A stretch of 60,297 bases of DNA from a virus (taxonomy: Duplodnaviria > Caudoviricetes). A program made the translations under genes and the position numbers. Within the stretch, counting starts at the first letter, position 1, and each line of letters starts with the position of its first letter. The notes under the pieces are model-generated. The model saw only the letters and a list, made by a program, of their open reading frames with translations, had not been told where the DNA came from and did not search any database. The DNA lies in the IMG/VR virus record IMGVR_UViG_3300025875_000025, positions 1-60,297 of that record; one strand, given 5' to 3'. Shown piece by piece: positions 9,975-19,436 of the stretch.

Positions 9975-10208
9975 TCAGGCGGCGCGCTCCGGCGCCGGAA
10001 ACACGTCCGGCCGAAGCTCGTGGGGCGCGATGCCAGTTACCTCAGCGACGCGGCGAACCCTCTCAGCGGGAATGCCCTTCATCCGCCACTGCCAGACCGC
10101 GCCCTTGGTAAGCCCCAAGCTGCTGGCGAGCCCCGCCAGCGTCCCCGCTGCCTTGATGGCTAGATCTGCCCCTCTCTGGCGAGAGGCGATGTCCGGAGTG
10201 TCGCTCAT
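9975..10208 (-). CDS. cro: Cro/YdaS-like repressor
   Basis: AIKAAGTLAGLASSLGLTKGAVWQW...IPAER...ELRPDVF; divergent from cI. Confidence 0.85.
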   Translation of the reverse strand: MSDTPDIASRQRGADLAIKAAGTLAGLASSLGLTKGAVWQWRMKGIPAERVRRVAEVTGIAPHELRPDVFPAPERAA

Positions 10209-10214
10209 GGGTAA

Positions 10215-10243
10215 AGTGTAGTGTGGCTACACTCCGCTTGCAA
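10215..10243 (-). promoter_or_regulatory. cro promoter (TTGCAA-17-TACACT) with operator GTGTAG-N5-CTACAC; leaderless
   Basis: -35 at 10238-10243, -10 at 10215-10220, ATG 6 nt later; palindrome 10216-10232. Confidence 0.8.
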
Positions 10244-10292
10244 GCACGATCCTTCACCGCAAAGATTTGGCGGATCGGGCACGCTGCACAGC

Positions 10293-10634
10293 ATGTCCGA
10301 CGCCGTTTCCGTGCTTTCCCAAACCGACTACCAGCGAGCCGCAGGCGCGCGCCTGCGCCGGCTGATCGACTTGATGGACCTTACTTATGTAGACGCAGCC
10401 GCCCTCATGGGCGTCTCGAAGAACGTCCTGCGCAATTGGATGGTAGGGGATAACCCCCCGCAGCCGTATCCGATCTACCGTCTCTGTCGGGCCAAAGGCA
10501 TCGACTTCAATTACGTGTTTTTGGGGGATTGGTCGGCTCTACCGGCTCGCCTTGCCCGAGAGCTGGATGAGGAAATGAAAGCCACTCTGGGGGCTTCAGG
10601 GGAGCAGGCTCCCCCGGTGCGCGAAAGCGCCTAA
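10293..10634 (+). CDS. cI: CI-like XRE-HTH repressor without peptidase domain (113 aa)
   Basis: GARLRRLI..LTYVDAAALMGVSKNVLRNW; divergent from cro. Confidence 0.8.
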   Translation: MSDAVSVLSQTDYQRAAGARLRRLIDLMDLTYVDAAALMGVSKNVLRNWMVGDNPPQPYPIYRLCRAKGIDFNYVFLGDWSALPARLARELDEEMKATLGASGEQAPPVRESA

Positions 10635-10697
10635 CGCGAGCAGATCCCACGCGATGATCCTTCGTTCGAATCGTTCCCTGCACAGCCAAGGTGACAG

Positions 10698-10712
10698 GAA
10701 CAGGACGCGAAC
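10698..10712 (-). promoter_or_regulatory. Alphaproteobacterial LexA box (GTTC-N7-GTTC)
   Basis: GAACAGGACGCGAAC on +; overlaps a leftward TTGATG -35. Confidence 0.7.
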
Positions 10713-10789
10713 ATCAAGCGGGATTTAGGCAGTCTGTCCCTTTTTCGATCCGGCGCACGCAATTCGCGGCACCAAATAGGAGGAACGTC

Positions 10790-11077
10790 ATGATTCGTAA
10801 GACTTTACTCGCCGGCGTCTTCGCCATCGTGGCGTTCCCGGCGTTAGCGCAGCAGTTCTACAATGGCTACACTAGGCAGGATGGCACCTACGTCCAGCCG
10901 CACTATCAAACGGCGCCGAACAACACGCGCCAGGACAACTGGAGCACACAGGGGAATGTAAACCCCTACACAGGGCAGTTTGGGACCCAGCCGGCCTACC
11001 CGCAGCAGCAGCAGTACCCTTCGGGCTCCGTGTACGGCAACCCGGGCGGGCGCTCATCAGGCAGTATGTACAGGTAG
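10790..11077 (+). CDS. Small secreted protein (GYTRxDGTYVQPHY family)
   Basis: AGGAGG RBS, signal peptide ending ALA, GYTRQDGTYVQPHYQT..DNWST.GNVNPYTG. Confidence 0.75.
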   Translation: MIRKTLLAGVFAIVAFPALAQQFYNGYTRQDGTYVQPHYQTAPNNTRQDNWSTQGNVNPYTGQFGTQPAYPQQQQYPSGSVYGNPGGRSSGSMYR

Positions 11078-11099
11078 GCAATCAGCCCGCCCGATCAGC

Positions 11100-11130
11100 C
11101 CGCCCGCCTCTCCGGCCGGCGGGCTTTTTC
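11100..11130 (+). terminator. Intrinsic terminator
   Basis: GCCCGCC...GGCGGGC-TTTTT. Confidence 0.7.
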
Positions 11131-11170
11131 ATGCCTGGATGCACCCCCCTCCGACGCAAGGTGGTCCGGC

Positions 11171-11226
11171 AAAGTGTAGCGAACCTACACTTTCCGTTTG
11201 ACGGTGTAGTGTGGCTACACCATACT
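11171..11226 (+). promoter_or_regulatory. Early promoter TTGACG-17-CATACT with two operators
   Basis: AAAGTGTAG-N5-CTACACTTT at 11171-11193; a second operator (11204-11220) exactly fills the spacer. Confidence 0.85.
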
Positions 11227-11272
11227 CTCCCCACACCACGGCACCTCCGCCGCTGGTTTGAGGGACCTCGCC

Positions 11273-13116
11273 ATGAGCACCGCGCGCTTCCCCCGCAACG
11301 CCGCCTTCCACGGCCCTACTGACGACCTGATCCTCCCGCGCCCGATCGCGTTGCTGCGCGGCGCTGCGATCTTCGCGGGCGTCGCCATGCTGGTGGTTTT
11401 CGCCGCCGTGCTGGTTGGAGGCTGACGATGAGCACGCATCACACGAGCGGCCCATGGATGGTCGATGAGATGGGCGATGTTGTCGCCAACGAGGCGACCA
11501 TCGCTTTGATCTGCCTCGATGAGAGGATGATCGACGAGGGCGAGGCAGAAGCTAATGCCTACCTGATCGCCGAAAGCCCGACCCTGCTTTCTCTCGCCGA
11601 ACGCTGGGCGGCTTTGGATGGCGGAGCGTGGGCCGTTGATCGTCATGCACGCGAGAAGGCGGAGTTGCTCGCCGACACCCGCGCCGCAATCGCCCGAGCG
11701 AAGGGAGGCTGAGCATGCCCCCGCTCCACGCCCTGCGCGTCCTCACCCTCGCCGTCGGCGGTGTCGCCGTCTTCTTCGTGACCACCTTCGCGCTGGGCTG
11801 CGGCTTCGCGCTCCTGGGAGGCTGACATGAACGCACTGACCCCCATCAACCCCTGCACCGTCGTGGACCTCTCCGGCTGGCGCGCGAAGCCCCGGCGCGA
11901 GGAGGCGATGGAGCACCGGACGATTGCCCTGACCGCCGAGGCGTGGCGAGTGCTGGCGCAGATGACCGAGGACGCCGCTGTGGCCTCGCGCCTGGCTGCG
12001 TTCCAGTGCGAGCGCGAGCTGGACTCTGCTGCTGCGAAGGCCGCCGAGAAGGACGCGGTGTTCTTCGAGGGCGTGCTGGCCGCCATTCGGAGGCCGGTGT
12101 TTTGAGCGCGCAGGATAAGACCGACTACGAACGCATCTGGCTTGAACCTCCGAGCGAAGGTGACGACCGCCACTGGTCCTCAGTCAACGGATGGGCCGAT
12201 GACGCTTTTGGCGGATCTACGCCAACCGAGTACGTCCGCGCCGATCTGGTGGATGACGCGCTCAAAGTTCTTGCCGCGTATGCAGTCCTTGGCGCCGGCC
12301 GCTGCACGGTGAGCAAGAAGCACGCCGAAATGGCTTACGCCGCAATCGCCAAGGCCAAGGGAAGCGCCCCATGAGCGCCGCTCTCGACACCAGCCGCGAC
12401 GCCTTAACCCGCGCCGAACACCACAAGCACGCGGAAGGCGACCTCCTCACCCGTCACCGCACGGCCGACAGCGGCATCTACGACCTCCTGCGGGAGATCG
12501 AGATCGACGCGACGATGGACGTGTGGGTGGAGGACGTGACGCCCGGCAGCGTCGAGGCGCTGGAGCTGCGGCACGAGGCGATGCAGGCGGCGCGGGAGGT
12601 TTATTTCTCGATGGTGGGGAGGTCGGCATGAGCGCCGCCGAGACGACGCGCGAGGGCGCGGGGCTGGTGCGCTCCATCCCGTGCGAGGTGGTGGGGGCGA
12701 CCGAGATCGCTATGGGGCATGGCCTCGTGGATGTCGGTCCGATCTACCTCGAAGATCGTGTTGGCATAATCCTCCATCCGCGCACTGATTTCATCCCGAT
12801 TGGTGAAGGGGGATCGATCGGCGGCGACCCTCCGCAGTTCTACGACCCGCAATCGGGCGATGTGGTGATCTGGCTCGACGGCCCTGAGCGCGGGACCACC
12901 ATTATTCGTGAGTTGCAGGAACTGACCCCACCCGCCTCGCCGTCCGACGAAGCGGCGCGGCTTCGGGAAATGCGAGACGTGGAGCAGGCGGCCGAACGGA
13001 TGGTTAAGGCTGGCCGCGATATGTTCCCAAACTCGGTGCCCTGGCGCGATCTGAACTTCGGGATGCGCGAGTACTACCGCACTCTTGCCCGCGCCGCCCT
13101 CGGGAGGCCCGCATGA
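11273..13116 (+). CDS. Early operon small genes (11428-11712, 11827-12105, 12102-12374, 12371-12631, 12628-13116 and two short membrane peptides)
   Basis: Coupled ORFs with repeated GGAGGCTGA(C)ATG junctions. Confidence 0.65.
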
Positions 13117-13580
13117 ACTGCTACTGGGTCTTCCGCCCAGCTCTTCCCTTCGTGGCCCCCATCCGCCGCCACGTCATCGGCCCCATCATCCGCCGCGCAC
13201 GCCCTCGCCTGCGTCACGCTGCGGTCTGGGTCTGCACTTCCGGCGCCGTGCTCGTCCCGCTGCCCGGCCCCATACCGCACGCCCCAGTCGGAACCGTCGC
13301 ACCCGCCTACACCGACCTCGGCACCGACATGGGCATGGGCTTCGGCGGCCTCGGGATTGGCCCTCTGATCGGTGCCGGGAGCGCGTCCGATCGTCTGCCG
13401 CTGCCGGGTGTGGGCGACGTGATGGCGACGCTGCCGGAACGCCCGGTGCTGGACGTGCCGGGGGTGAGTGTCGGCGCGGTGGTTGATGTGCCGCTGGTTG
13501 CGGTGCCGGAGCCTGCGTCGGTTGCGATGTTTGCGCTGGGGCTGGTGAGCCTTGGGCTGATTGTGAGGGGGCTGACATGA
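13113..13580 (+). CDS. PEP-CTERM sorting domain protein, atypical N-terminus
   Basis: C-terminal VPEPASVAMFALGLVSLGLIVR. Confidence 0.8.
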   Translation: MNCYWVFRPALPFVAPIRRHVIGPIIRRARPRLRHAAVWVCTSGAVLVPLPGPIPHAPVGTVAPAYTDLGTDMGMGFGGLGIGPLIGAGSASDRLPLPGVGDVMATLPERPVLDVPGVSVGAVVDVPLVAVPEPASVAMFALGLVSLGLIVRGLT

Positions 13581-13906
13581 GCGGGGAGGAGGTGACCCAG
13601 CCCAACTGCAACGTCTGCGGTCGGAAAATGCGGAAGGTCACATGGCACGACCCCGAGGCAGGCGTGGATCGGTTCCTGCGCTGGCAATGCGTGAAGGTGT
13701 CTTGGGCAAGCGACGAAGGCTGGGAACATGACTGATCTGCACCTCACCCCACCCCTCCCCCTCCTCACCCGCAGCATCGCCCGTTGGCGCCGCGAGGCGG
13801 ACGAACTGGCGTCGCGCGGCCTGCTGACGGAGGCGGAGCGCCAGCAGTGGCAGCAGCGGGTGACGCTGCTGGGGCAGTTTGATCGGCCTGTGCAGGAGAG
13901 GCAGTG

Positions 13907-14401
13907 ATGGGACCAACAGGCATTGCTCTGCACATAAAGAGAGGCTTCGCGGCTATCGGCCTCGTCGCCCCAAAGTGCAACGCGAACGTCGGCGGCGCCA
14001 TGCGGGCAGCGGCCTGCTACGACGCCGACCTCATCGTGCTCGGCGGCAGCCGTTATCACCGACAGAGCGCAGACACTATGAAGTCATGGCGGCACATTCC
14101 GACGCTGCACAACGTGCAGAATCTGATGGACTGCTGCCCCTTCGACTGCGTGCCGGTCGGCGTTGACTTAGTGGACGGTGCCGAGGCGCTGCCCGAGTTC
14201 CAGCACCCGGAGCGGGCCTTCTACATCTTCGGCCCCGAGGACGGGACGCTGGGGAAAGCCACGCTCGATCGATGCGCGCGGCGCCTCATGGTTCCCACGA
14301 AGCACTGCATGAACCTCGCGGCAACGGTCAACGTCATCCTTTACGACCGCATGGCCAAGGCTTCGATAGCGATGCGCGCCGCAGATCGGAGGGCCGCGTG
14401 A
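13907..14401 (+). CDS. SpoU/TrmH-family (SPOUT) RNA methyltransferase
   Basis: PK..ANVGGAMRAAACY, YIFGPEDGTL, CMNLAATVNVILYDR. Confidence 0.85.
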   Translation: MGPTGIALHIKRGFAAIGLVAPKCNANVGGAMRAAACYDADLIVLGGSRYHRQSADTMKSWRHIPTLHNVQNLMDCCPFDCVPVGVDLVDGAEALPEFQHPERAFYIFGPEDGTLGKATLDRCARRLMVPTKHCMNLAATVNVILYDRMAKASIAMRAADRRAA

Positions 14402-15081
14402 TGGGCATCCGCTACCACACGGATCTGGTTCAGGGTTCCGACGAATGGCTCGCCGCGCGCTGCGGCCTGCTGACGGCTTCGGAGATGAAGCTGATCGTCT
14501 CGCCCTCCCTCAAGCCGATCAAGAACGACAAGGAGAGGGCGCACCTTTACGAGCTGCTGGCCCAGCGGATCACCCGGCACGTCGAGCCCCACTACATCGG
14601 GGATGACATGCTGAGGGGTCACGAGGACGAGGTGGAAGCCCGCATCCTCTATGCCGAGCGGTACGCCCCCGTGCACGACATGGGGTTCATCACCAACGAC
14701 AAATGGGGCTTCACCATCGGCTACTCGCCGGACGGGCTGGTGGGCGAGGACGGCGCGATTGAGTGCAAGTCCCGGCGCCAGAAGTTCCAGGTTCAGACCC
14801 TCATCGACGGCGCCATGCCGGACGACTACGCGATCCAGGTGCAGACCGCCCTGCTGGTGTCTGAGCGCCAGTGGATCGACTTCATCAGCTACTCCGGTGG
14901 CCTGCCCATGGTGACGGTGCGGGTGTTCCCGGACCCTCCCGTTCAGGGGGCCATCCTTGCCGCGGCCGAAGCCTTTGAGCAGCGCCTGGCTGAGAAGCTG
15001 GACGCCTACCGCGCCGCCCTAACCTCGGGCGCGCGTCTCATCCCCACCGAACGCAAGATCGAACAGGAGATGCACCTGTGA
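14401..15081 (+). CDS. YqaJ/lambda-exonuclease family recombination nuclease
   Basis: QGSDEWLAARCGLLTASE, GYSPDGLV, IECKS, QVQ. Confidence 0.9.
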   Translation: MGIRYHTDLVQGSDEWLAARCGLLTASEMKLIVSPSLKPIKNDKERAHLYELLAQRITRHVEPHYIGDDMLRGHEDEVEARILYAERYAPVHDMGFITNDKWGFTIGYSPDGLVGEDGAIECKSRRQKFQVQTLIDGAMPDDYAIQVQTALLVSERQWIDFISYSGGLPMVTVRVFPDPPVQGAILAAAEAFEQRLAEKLDAYRAALTSGARLIPTERKIEQEMHL

Positions 15082-15731
15082 ACATCACCGACACCATCGA
15101 CCCCAAGGTTGACCAGCTCACCGCAGACCACCTTATCGGCCGGTCACTGACCATCCGTGTTACCGCCGTCAAACTCAACGGGGGCGACCAGCCCTGCGAT
15201 ATCCATTACGAGCAGGATGGCGGCCTGCCCTACCGCCCAGGAAAATCAATGCGGCGCGTGCTGGTGCACGTGTGGGGTGGCGACGTGAACAAATATGTTG
15301 GCCGGTCCATGCGACTCTACCGGGACGACGATGTGCAGTTCGGCGGCCTCAAGGTCGGTGGTATCCGAATCAGCCACATGAGTCACATCGACAGCCCGCA
15401 AACGCTGGCGCTGACCGCGAAGAAGGGCAGCAAGAAGGCTTTCAAGGTGCTGCCGCTGGTCGAGGAAAAGAAGGCTGACAAGGCAGCCGAGCTGAAGGAA
15501 CGGGTGCTATCCCTAATTGACCGCATCGAGGGCGCGGACAGTATCGAGGCGTTGCAGGGCATCACGAGCGATCCGGCGGTGGTCAAGCTGCGCGGTTGGC
15601 TTGCGGAGAACTGGACGGGCCCGGCGGGTGACGTGGACGGGGCCGTCGAAGCGGCTCTGGCTCGACTGGCCCCGCCCGCTGATGCGGCAGACGACTTCCC
15701 CGGCGACCGCCCCATGGAAGCCGCCGAATGA
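15078..15731 (+). CDS. Putative recombination partner of the exonuclease
   Basis: Coupled to YqaJ; acidic DDFPGD tail. Confidence 0.55.
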   Translation: MNITDTIDPKVDQLTADHLIGRSLTIRVTAVKLNGGDQPCDIHYEQDGGLPYRPGKSMRRVLVHVWGGDVNKYVGRSMRLYRDDDVQFGGLKVGGIRISHMSHIDSPQTLALTAKKGSKKAFKVLPLVEEKKADKAAELKERVLSLIDRIEGADSIEALQGITSDPAVVKLRGWLAENWTGPAGDVDGAVEAALARLAPPADAADDFPGDRPMEAAE

Positions 15732-16295
15732 CCGCCCCCCTTCACCCCGTGGTCACCCGCATGGCCGCCGGCATCCAAGCGGCCCTGCCCACCGCCCCCA
15801 AGGCCGGGAGCCTCGACGCCCTGACCCAGCACTTCGCCAGGGCGGCCTATGTCGCGCTGCTGGAGGACGGGTGGGCTGTGGTGAGCCTCAAGGGGCAGGG
15901 TGGGGAGAGCGTGGCATGAGCGCGCAGCAATTCTGGGTCTTCGTGGTGCCGCATACCATTATCGGCGGCATCCTCGTCGCGGCTGTCGTCCATTGGGTAT
16001 TGGAGCGGGGCAGGGAGACGGCCGAGGACAAGCGGGTGCGCCGGGAAACGGATGCCCTGTATCGGATGCAGAAGGCCCGAGAGAAGGGGCGCGCCCCATG
16101 ATCTACGAAGCCCCCGATGGCGCCCCTCCCCCGCCGGCCGACGTGGCAGCCGCTGCCCGCGCTGACCTCTGCCACACCGTCTGGAACGACCTGGCGCGCG
16201 TGTGGATCTCTTGGCCCGCTGGACCGCCTGCGCCTGCGCCGGCGCTCAAGGAGATGCGGGGTGCGGCGGGCGAGAAGGAGGGCGGCGATGGCTGA
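15728..16295 (+). CDS. Three small hypothetical genes (15728-15919, ~15916-16101, 16098-16295)
   Basis: ATGA coupling; the second has a TM helix. Confidence 0.55.
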
Positions 16296-16560
16296 CACCC
16301 CCCGCTGGCTGCCTCGCCCAGCAGCCGCAGCCTACATCGGCTTGACCGAGGTGGCCTTCACGCGCCGAGTTACTGCGGGCACCCTCCCCCGCGCCAGCGA
16401 ACACCTAGGGCCGCGATGCCTGCGGTGGGACCGTCACGCGCTTGACGAGGTCATGGCAGGGCCGTCTGCTACCCCCAAACCCTCCGGAGCGGCCGGTCTT
16501 GCCCAAGCAATCCTCGAAACCGGCCGGGCGCGTCGTCACGCGGCGATTGGCAGACGGTAG
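16288..16560 (+). CDS. xis: Excisionase/AlpA-like protein
   Basis: PRWLPRPAAAAYIGL...LRWDRHALD; overlaps the integrase start. Confidence 0.75.
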   Translation: MADTPRWLPRPAAAAYIGLTEVAFTRRVTAGTLPRASEHLGPRCLRWDRHALDEVMAGPSATPKPSGAAGLAQAILETGRARRHAAIGRR

Positions 16561-17476
16561 CCTCAAGACATACCGCTACGGCCCCTGGCAAGCCCAGGGG
16601 GCCGCCCCGATCGCCGGGGACACCATGCGGGCCTTGCTACGGGCCTATGAGCACAGCCCCGAGTTCAATGCGCTCGCGCCATCCACTAAGGCTCAGTACC
16701 TCATCTATTTAAAGCCGTGGCTGAAGGTTCCCGATGCTCGGCCCAGGGATGTGACGCGCCGGGAAATCATGGAGGCGCGCGATGCGATCGCCACCCGACG
16801 CGGGCATGGCGCGGCCATCGCATTCGGACGCATCACTGCCATTCTGTTCGCTTGGGCAGTTGACCGCGAGTGGATTGAGCATAGCCCCGCCATGCACCTC
16901 AAGGCCATTCCGGGCGGCAGTCTGCCGGCCTGGACAGAACCTCAGATCGCTATCGCTCTTCAAGGCCTGCCAGAGGAATTGCGGCGCGTGGTGGTTCTGG
17001 GGCTGCACACCGGCCAGCGCCGTGGTGACCTCTGCTCCATGACTTGGGGCCAGTACGATGGCAGCATTATTCGGCTGCGGCAGGCGAAGACTGGCGTGGC
17101 GTTGGCCATTCCCTGCCATCCCGACCTCCAGGTGGAGCTTAATACTTGGCGCCCAGGGCGCGTTGGGCCGCTCATCCTTTCCAGCCCTCGGACCGGAGGT
17201 TGGACCGCCCCGCATCTCTCCCGAACGCTCGGCGCAGAGCTACAGAAGCTGGGACTTCCGGCTGGCCTGAACGTGCACGGCCTTCGGAAGTCAGCCGCCC
17301 GGCGCCTAGCCGAAGCTGGATGCACAGCGCACGAGATCGCGGCCATCACGGGCCATAAGACGCTAAGCATGGTGGCCCACTACACGCGCTCGGTGGACCA
17401 GGAGAAGCTTGCGACGTCTGCGGTGGAGCGGCTTACAATACAACCTCATACAAACGACAAAAAAGGCGTTAAATAA
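16499..17476 (+). CDS. int: Tyrosine integrase
   Basis: TGQRRGDL, QAKTG, HGLRK, TGHKT..MVAHY; start inferred (TTG 16499). Confidence 0.95.
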   Translation: MPKQSSKPAGRVVTRRLADGSLKTYRYGPWQAQGAAPIAGDTMRALLRAYEHSPEFNALAPSTKAQYLIYLKPWLKVPDARPRDVTRREIMEARDAIATRRGHGAAIAFGRITAILFAWAVDREWIEHSPAMHLKAIPGGSLPAWTEPQIAIALQGLPEELRRVVVLGLHTGQRRGDLCSMTWGQYDGSIIRLRQAKTGVALAIPCHPDLQVELNTWRPGRVGPLILSSPRTGGWTAPHLSRTLGAELQKLGLPAGLNVHGLRKSAARRLAEAGCTAHEIAAITGHKTLSMVAHYTRSVDQEKLATSAVERLTIQPHTNDKKGVK

Positions 17477-17562
17477 CAATGCGGGCAATTTTCGTGATGA
17501 GAATGCCCGGCATTTGAATTTGCTAGATAATCTGGATGATGAGTGACGGTTGTCGGCGCAAA

Positions 17563-17593
17563 GTTCCCAAGGCGTTCTCTGCAATTGTAGAAC
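17563..17593 (+). promoter_or_regulatory. LexA box with promoter
   Basis: GTTCCCAAGGCGTTC (17563-17577); -10 TAGAAC with ATG 6 nt later. Confidence 0.7.
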
Positions 17594-17599
17594 CACCCT

Positions 17600-17907
17600 A
17601 TGCCCTACAACCGCTCCCCGCGCACCGAGCGCCCGGTCGTCCTCGCCCGCCCCTGTCCGACTACGCCGGCCACATCCTGCTTGTGGACTGCGGCTCCCGG
17701 ATCTGCGGCGGCGAGCGGATCATCCCGGTGACCTCGATGGTTCCGCGCTGGGGCGGGCTGACGATGCGGGAGGTGGTGGAGCGCTTCTATTGCCCGACCT
17801 GCCAGCGCCGGGCTGCGCGCGTGGAGCTGCGGCGGCCGGCCGTCGAGGGGCGGATCGGGCGGGCGGATGTGGTGCTGGTGCTGCGCGGGAGAGGGGCGGA
17901 GGAGTAG
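17600..17907 (+). pseudogene. SOS-regulated Zn-ribbon protein with apparent frameshift near 17652
   Basis: ATG frame MPYNRSP...LARP joins LSDYAG..DCGSRIC..FYCPTC only if one C is added in a C run. Confidence 0.55.
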
Positions 17908-17993
17908 GCGGCCGAGCCTTAGCGGGATGTGTCCCAAGGTCCCGGCCGCCCGTGACAGGCGCCTAGCCAGCGCCCCTCACCTTTGCGAACTGC

Positions 17994-18209
17994 TTACAGC
18001 CTATCCGCCTGATCAAGCCGGGCTAGTTCGGCAAGAGCTTGGTCTCGCCTCACGCGCCCTTCTGGAGTGAGGCGGATGGCCGTTGTGTCGTCCACAATCA
18101 GGCCGGCGCGCACGAGGTCGTCCCAGCCGTCTCCGGAAATAGAAACGGAGCGCGGTCCGTCGTAAGTCAAAAGGCGTAGCTGCTCGATCGTCAGTTTCCT
18201 TTGCGGCAT
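17994..18209 (-). CDS. Small winged-helix-like protein
   Basis: LVRAGLI...IRLTPEGR. Confidence 0.55.
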   Translation of the reverse strand: MPQRKLTIEQLRLLTYDGPRSVSISGDGWDDLVRAGLIVDDTTAIRLTPEGRVRRDQALAELARLDQADRL

Positions 18210-18315
18210 CCCGCCTATCCTCCACCCTTACGCACGATAACACGAATCGCCCGAATCCGGGCCTCTCGCCGCCCGCGCCAATTCCGTCCGCTAACCGCAA
18301 TTTGCAGACGTAATC

Positions 18316-18465
18316 CTACCTCGCCGCATCCCGCCACCCGATCCTGGCCAGGATCGCCCTCGCATGGGCAAGGCGCTCCTCCGGGGTGCAGTCGATCACC
18401 CGCCAGTCATGCTCGCGCCCGCAGCACCAGCAGTAGGCTGGCGGGGCCGTTTGCTGTCCACTCAC
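18316..18465 (-). CDS. Small Cys-containing protein (49 aa)
   Basis: GTGA-coupled to dUTPase; YCWCCGREHDW. Confidence 0.45.
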   Translation of the reverse strand: MSGQQTAPPAYCWCCGREHDWRVIDCTPEERLAHARAILARIGWRDAAR

Positions 18466-18914
18466 GCCGCCATCCCTCCCGTCGAACCGAACGCCCCCAC
18501 CCCGCGCTCCGTCTCGTCCAGCGAGTCCACCTCGACCACGGGCGGCGTCGCGATGGGCTTGATGACGAGCTGCGCCACCCGCACGCCAGGCGCCACGTCG
18601 AAGGGCTTGTTGGGGTCCGAATTCTTGAGGATCACCCGCACCTCGCCGCGGTATCCGCTGTCGATCACGCCGCCCATGATCTCGATCCCGTTCTTGTAGG
18701 CCAGGCCGGAGCGGGGCGCGATGATGCCCACATGGCCGGGCGGGATCGCGATAGCCCAGCCGGTGCGGACGAGCGCGCGGCTGCCTGGGGCGAGGCGCAC
18801 CGTCTCCACGCTGGTCAGGTCGTAACCCGCGTCGTCGGGATTGGCGCGCGTCGGCACCACAGCGTTCGGGTGCAGGCGGAGAATGCGGAGGGGGTTCGTC
18901 TTCGGATCACTCAT
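18462..18914 (-). CDS. dut: Trimeric dUTPase
   Basis: AGYDL, PRSG, GVIDSGYRGE, RVAQL, RGVGAFGSTG. Confidence 0.97.
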   Translation of the reverse strand: MSDPKTNPLRILRLHPNAVVPTRANPDDAGYDLTSVETVRLAPGSRALVRTGWAIAIPPGHVGIIAPRSGLAYKNGIEIMGGVIDSGYRGEVRVILKNSDPNKPFDVAPGVRVAQLVIKPIATPPVVEVDSLDETERGVGAFGSTGGMAA

Positions 18915-19159
18915 GTCCCGACCTCCAAGGCCGCCGCCAACGCGTGGGTATGCGGGATGCCCGGCACCTCCCCGTAATCACGGAACACCGCAGCCGGGAG
19001 CGCGGCCAGGAAGGCGGCGACGACATGATCTGCGATGACCTGCGCTGCTTGTGGGGTGATCGCCAGCCCATCAAGCTCGCCTTCGCACGCCGCATCCGCA
19101 GCGCGCGCCGCCGCCTCGCGGGCCGCTTGCAGCTCGTTCGTTTCAGGACCGCTGGGCAT
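18911..19159 (-). CDS. Hypothetical protein
   Basis: Coupled to dut. Confidence 0.55.
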   Translation of the reverse strand: MPSGPETNELQAAREAAARAADAACEGELDGLAITPQAAQVIADHVVAAFLAALPAAVFRDYGEVPGIPHTHALAAALEVGT

Positions 19160-19436
19160 TTGCCATCTCCACCAACCGCTCCACCTCCTGATTGATCCAC
19201 GCCTGATTGTCAGGGTGCAGGCCCATGACTGGCAGGGTGAGCCTTATATTCCGCGCTATCCCGGCTGCGGTGAGGCAGGCTCCGCTGCAAGACGTATCTT
19301 CCGCGCAGTCGCATAAATCGGCATTCGTCTGCTGATCACGCGCCGGGCATTCCTCGCGCGGACAGGTCGGGAAGTCCGCGCCGTTCCGCCCGCACTCGCC
19401 ACACTCGCGCGGGTTCGTCTTGGGATCGCCGGTCAC
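19143..19436 (-). CDS. Cys-rich small protein
   Basis: ECGECG..TCPREECP..LCDC..SCSGAC; GTG coupled to the Arc-like gene. Confidence 0.55.
   Translation of the reverse strand: MTGDPKTNPRECGECGRNGADFPTCPREECPARDQQTNADLCDCAEDTSCSGACLTAAGIARNIRLTLPVMGLHPDNQAWINQEVERLVEMANAQRS

Noticed and set aside
17477-17560. tRNA-derived att core
   Set aside because: No tRNA 3' end or duplicated core recognisable.
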